From contig JAEUHD010000212.1 of assembly GCA_016793645.1 (NCBI GenBank), positions 37 to 64,036 on the forward strand: a stretch of DNA of 64,000 nt, written 5' to 3'. Under the pieces are notes generated by a model. That model ran no database searches, was not told the origin of the DNA, and saw nothing but the letters and a program-made list of their open reading frames with translations. Positions within the stretch are counted from its first letter, which is position 1. The number at the start of each line of letters is the position of its first letter. Position numbers and translations under genes: made by a program. The stretch comes from Verrucomicrobiales bacterium (GTDB lineage: Bacteria; Verrucomicrobiota; Verrucomicrobiia; Limisphaerales; UBA9464). Below, piece after piece: positions 60,598-64,000 of the stretch.

Positions 60598-60649
60598 CCC
60601 AGGGCCGACCGTCTTCCCGATCACCATCGGGAAATGGTCGGCCCTCGGG
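60598..60649 (+). other. Long nested hairpin in the inter-paralog spacer (possible terminator or processing site, no U-tract)
   Basis: AGGGCCGACC (60601-10) pairs with GGTCGGCCCT (60636-45). Inside it, TTCCCGAT (60614-21) pairs with ATCGGGAA (60626-33), leaving loop cacc. Confidence 0.4.
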
Positions 60650-60820
60650 ATGACGAGCGCGGGGACTCCGATTCGAGAAATGCCGGGACGGAATCCCGCT
60701 TCCGCGTCACGTCCCCGGGAGTCCGAGGACGAACTTCCGAACCCCGCCTTACGCACCCAAGAAGCTCTTCTTGTTGCAATGCGACTTGTATTTGGGGGCA
60801 TTCGTTGCTCTCTATGGTTC

Positions 60821-63800
60821 ATGAGTTTAGTGCGTAACGGGTGCACGCCGCGGTGGATTTGGACACTTCTCCTGGCCTTGTTGCCGGGATACTCCTACGC
60901 ACAGTGGTTGACCGGTGGCCCCTCCCCTCTTCCCCTCACGGCGCCGCAGGCCGCCTACACCGTGGTCGATGCCTTCCCCGGACTCTCGCTCCCGCTCGCC
61001 ACGGACGCCCCCGTGGCCCTGGCCACCCCCCCGGGTCGGACGAATGAATTGTTCATCGGGGGACTGTTCGGAAAGGTCTACGTCATCACCAACCTGCTGG
61101 CACCGACCAAGACGGTGTTCCTCGATCTTTCGGCGAACACATATGCCCCTGGAGCTACCCTCTCAGAGTCGGGATTGGTCGGATTGGTGTTTCATCCCCA
61201 GTACGCGCAGAACCGCTACTTCTACGTCTTCTACACCCGAACCAACCGACTGGAGGGAAAAACCTACGACACCCTTTCCCGGTTCCAAACCGATCCCGCC
61301 AATCCTTGGAGGGCGCTCCCGGACTCCGAGCGGATCCTGTTCTCGCAATGGGACGAGCATGACATCCATCAGGCCGGCGACCTCCATTTTGGTCCGGACG
61401 GCTACCTCTACGCCTCACTCGGGGACGAAGGGGCGCAGAACGACCTCTTCAGGAACAGCCAGCGGATCGACAAGGACTTCTACTCCGGAATCATCCGCAT
61501 TGATGTGGACGAAAAGGCGGGAAGCCTGGCGCCGAATCCGCACTCCGCAATCGGCGGCGGATACCGGATTCCCCCCGACAATCCGTACATCGGCGCGACC
61601 AGCTTCAATGGACTCCCCGTCTCCCCCACCTCGGTCCGAACGGAATTGTGGGCGGTGGGTCTCCGAAACCCGCATCGCTTCTGCATCGATTCCCTCACCG
61701 GGGAATTGTACGGCGGCGATGTCGGCGGTTCGCGAGAGGAGGAGGTGAATCGCCTCGTGAAGGGCGGCAACTATGGCTGGGGATACTACGAGGGCACCCT
61801 GTTCAATCCCGATGCCCTCATCGGAGCGCCGCCGGCGGGCTTCACCTCGACTCCCCCCATCTACACCTACCCCCACACCGGGGGCGACCCAAACTTCACC
61901 GGTCATGCGGTCATCGGAGGCCTGGTGTACCGGGACACCACCTATCCTGATCTCTACGGCAAATACATCTTCGGTGACGTCTTTTCCTGCCATGTCTGGG
62001 CCATGACGCTGAATCCATCCGGAACGCCGACCGTCGCCCGGATCGCGACCGCCCCTCGCGGAATGAGTTCCTTTGCGATTCATCCTGGCACGGGGGAGAT
62101 CCTGTTGTGCGAACTGTTTGGGGGCCGGATTTCCAAGCTTCAGCGCTCTTCCGTCTCGGGTGATCCCGCGCTCCCCGCGACGCTGAGCGCCTCCCGCGTC
62201 TTCGCGAACACGGCCTCCCTGACACCCGCGGCCGGAGCCGTCCCCTACGACGTCATGTCGACCTTCTGGTCGGACAACGCGATCAAGCGTCGCTGGTTCT
62301 TCATGCAGAATGCGACGGACCGGATTCGGCGCAATACCGGGGACCAGTGGACCTATCCCACGGGAACCGTGTTCGTGAAACATTTCGATTTTGAATTCGA
62401 GGTCGGGAATCCCGCCTCGCGCCGCCGCCTGGAAACCCGCGTGCTGATGAAGACTGCGGATGCCATCTACGGACTCACGTACAAGTGGCGTCCCGACGGA
62501 CTGGACGCGGACCTGGTCCCGGACGCCGGACTCAACGAATCCCTCGTGATCAACGACGGCGGCATCATCCGAACCCAGGTGTGGCGCTATCCGGGACGTT
62601 CCGAATGCCTCACCTGCCACAACGGCAATGCGCGGCACGTTCTCGGCTTCAACGCGCTTCAACTCAACCGGAGTGTCACCAATGGGGCGGGCGCGACCGT
62701 CAACCAACTCGCCCTGTTCTCCGGACTGGGGGTGTTCGACACCCCGATCCCAAACCCCGAGTCACTGCCCCGCCTGTCGGCGATCAATGACACCACCGCT
62801 TCGTTGGAATCGCGGTTCAAGACGTACCTTGAGGTCAACTGCGCCTACTGCCATCAACCCGGAGGACTGGGTCGCGGGGTTTGGGATGGCCGGTTCTCCA
62901 CGCCCCTGGACCAGGCGGGCATCATCAATGGAACCGTGGCCGACGATCTCGGGGTTCCCGGCGCCCGGGTCATTCTTCCCGGCGTGCCCGCCTCGTCCGT
63001 CCTTTGGAAACGGGTCGCCGAAATGGATTCGAATCACATGCCCCCCCTCGGGACCTCGGTGCCGAACACCGCGGGCATTTCCCTCCTCGAACAATTCATC
63101 ATCAGCTACGTGCCGCCCACGGTGGAGCGGACCGTCTGGCAGATCGGACAGGATTCCCCGCCGGGCACCCTGCCCCCGACCACGTTTGCGGAGTTTTCCC
63201 TTCCGAACAACCGGGCGGATCCATCCCCGGGAGTGGTGACCCGCCAACTGGGAGATCCCGAGTTTGTGGCCGACGCCAATCCCGGCGCCGACGATGACTT
63301 CTACTTCGCCGGCACCTATCCCGCCGGATTCAACGGATTGACCACCCCCCGATCCGTACCGTCGGATGAACCCGCGTGGGCGTGGGAGCGGGCCCATACC
63401 CTGGGGGACACTGCCAACCGATTCCATTTCGTCCTGAGCCCGGCACAGGTCGCCGCGGGCGTGAAGTTCAAGCTTCGGTTCGAACTGTCCAGCGGCGGAT
63501 GGGCCGTGGGCGGAGTTCCCCGAACGGGCTTCGGCACCCACGATTTCAGCGTCCGGTTCCGGAACGGATCCGGCGTGACGACCACCCTCTACTCGCAACG
63601 GCTCACCCAGGCCACCGATGCCTCGATGGAATTCCTCGCAACGGCCGTCGCGGCAACGGCGGGCCCGAACACGATCGAACTCATTCGGACCGGTCCCGCG
63701 GCGGCGAACACCTCGTACTGGGCGGAGTATGACGTGGTACGCCTGGAGCAGGTTCTTCCGCCCAATACGGCGCCGGTCTTTACGGCCGTGGGCACCCCAT

Positions 63801-64000
63801 CCATCCCCGAACTGACCCCGTGGACCATGAACCTTGTGGCGACGGATGCGGACATCCCCGCCAATACCCTGACCTATTCCCTGGTCAGCGGACCGGACGG
63901 TCTGTCCGTGACCGGAGCCGGGGTCATGACGTGGACGCCGACCGAGGCACAGGGCCCCTCCACCAATGTGGTCACGGTGAAGGTAGCCGACAATGGAACC
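60821..64000 (+). CDS. Tandem paralog of 55214..60385 (PQQ-type sugar dehydrogenase, di-CxxCH domain, novel module, cadherin-like domain); 3' end cut by window edge (>=1060 aa)
   Basis: Absent from the ORF track because it has no stop in the window. ATG 60821 gives MSLVRNGCTPRWIWTLLLALLPGYSYAQWLTGGPSPLP... It is colinear with the upstream gene. CLTCH lies at 62606-62620 and CAYCH at 62840-62854. The module starts (RTVW) at 63128, which is 2307 nt from the ATG, the same offset as in the first copy. Confidence 0.88.
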   Translation, partial: MSLVRNGCTPRWIWTLLLALLPGYSYAQWLTGGPSPLPLTAPQAAYTVVDAFPGLSLPLATDAPVALATPPGRTNELFIGGLFGKVYVITNLLAPTKTVFLDLSANTYAPGATLSESGLVGLVFHPQYAQNRYFYVFYTRTNRLEGKTYDTLSRFQTDPANPWRALPDSERILFSQWDEHDIHQAGDLHFGPDGYLYASLGDEGAQNDLFRNSQRIDKDFYSGIIRIDVDEKAGSLAPNPHSAIGGGYRIPPDNPYIGATSFNGLPVSPTSVRTELWAVGLRNPHRFCIDSLTGELYGGDVGGSREEEVNRLVKGGNYGWGYYEGTLFNPDALIGAPPAGFTSTPPIYTYPHTGGDPNFTGHAVIGGLVYRDTTYPDLYGKYIFGDVFSCHVWAMTLNPSGTPTVARIATAPRGMSSFAIHPGTGEILLCELFGGRISKLQRSSVSGDPALPATLSASRVFANTASLTPAAGAVPYDVMSTFWSDNAIKRRWFFMQNATDRIRRNTGDQWTYPTGTVFVKHFDFEFEVGNPASRRRLETRVLMKTADAIYGLTYKWRPDGLDADLVPDAGLNESLVINDGGIIRTQVWRYPGRSECLTCHNGNARHVLGFNALQLNRSVTNGAGATVNQLALFSGLGVFDTPIPNPESLPRLSAINDTTASLESRFKTYLEVNCAYCHQPGGLGRGVWDGRFSTPLDQAGIINGTVADDLGVPGARVILPGVPASSVLWKRVAEMDSNHMPPLGTSVPNTAGISLLEQFIISYVPPTVERTVWQIGQDSPPGTLPPTTFAEFSLPNNRADPSPGVVTRQLGDPEFVADANPGADDDFYFAGTYPAGFNGLTTPRSVPSDEPAWAWERAHTLGDTANRFHFVLSPAQVAAGVKFKLRFELSSGGWAVGGVPRTGFGTHDFSVRFRNGSGVTTTLYSQRLTQATDASMEFLATAVAATAGPNTIELIRTGPAAANTSYWAEYDVVRLEQVLPPNTAPVFTAVGTPSIPELTPWTMNLVATDADIPANTLTYSLVSGPDGLSVTGAGVMTWTPTEAQGPSTNVVTVKVADNGT

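Overview
High-GC chromosomal segment (about 60-65% GC by eye) with hallmarks of the PVC superphylum, most likely Verrucomicrobiota. These include DUF1549/DUF1553+DUF1501 pairs, [10 protein letters not shown] prepilin-like H-X9-DG proteins, LVIVD, delta-60 and lamin-tail/CotH giant proteins, PQQ-like beta-propellers and Tat-signal Gfo/Idh/MocA enzymes. I support about 40 protein genes. Housekeeping genes are proB, mazG, an M29 aminopeptidase, clpB, rpoD and rfbAB. There is a glycan-processing cluster and an srsABC-like type III PKS / methyltransferase / flavoprotein operon. No rRNA, tRNA, CRISPR array or mobile element was found. Two very large ORFs are missing from the supplied ORF track because they run off the window edges: 1..4600 (minus strand) and 60821..64000 (plus strand). 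The most unusual content is a family of giant secreted proteins sharing an approximately 215-aa module I cannot assign to a known family (W.[IV]G.D ... DDDFYF.G.YPAGFNGL ... DEP..WERAHTLGD ... YD.VRLE). Each module is followed by a cadherin-like Ig domain. In gene 55214..60385 it is triplicated with an exact 939-nt period. It recurs in the tandem paralog at 60821.. and in the LVIVD/cadherin protein at the left edge. In the two paralogs it is fused to a PQQ-type sugar dehydrogenase propeller plus a domain with two CxxCH motifs. A second candidate is an orphan, highly structured plus-strand RNA with 6S-like architecture and a canonical terminator. It lies between two minus-strand genes at about 19779..20005. 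Many long ORFs in the track are antisense artefacts of the high GC content, and several true genes start well downstream of the listed ORF start.
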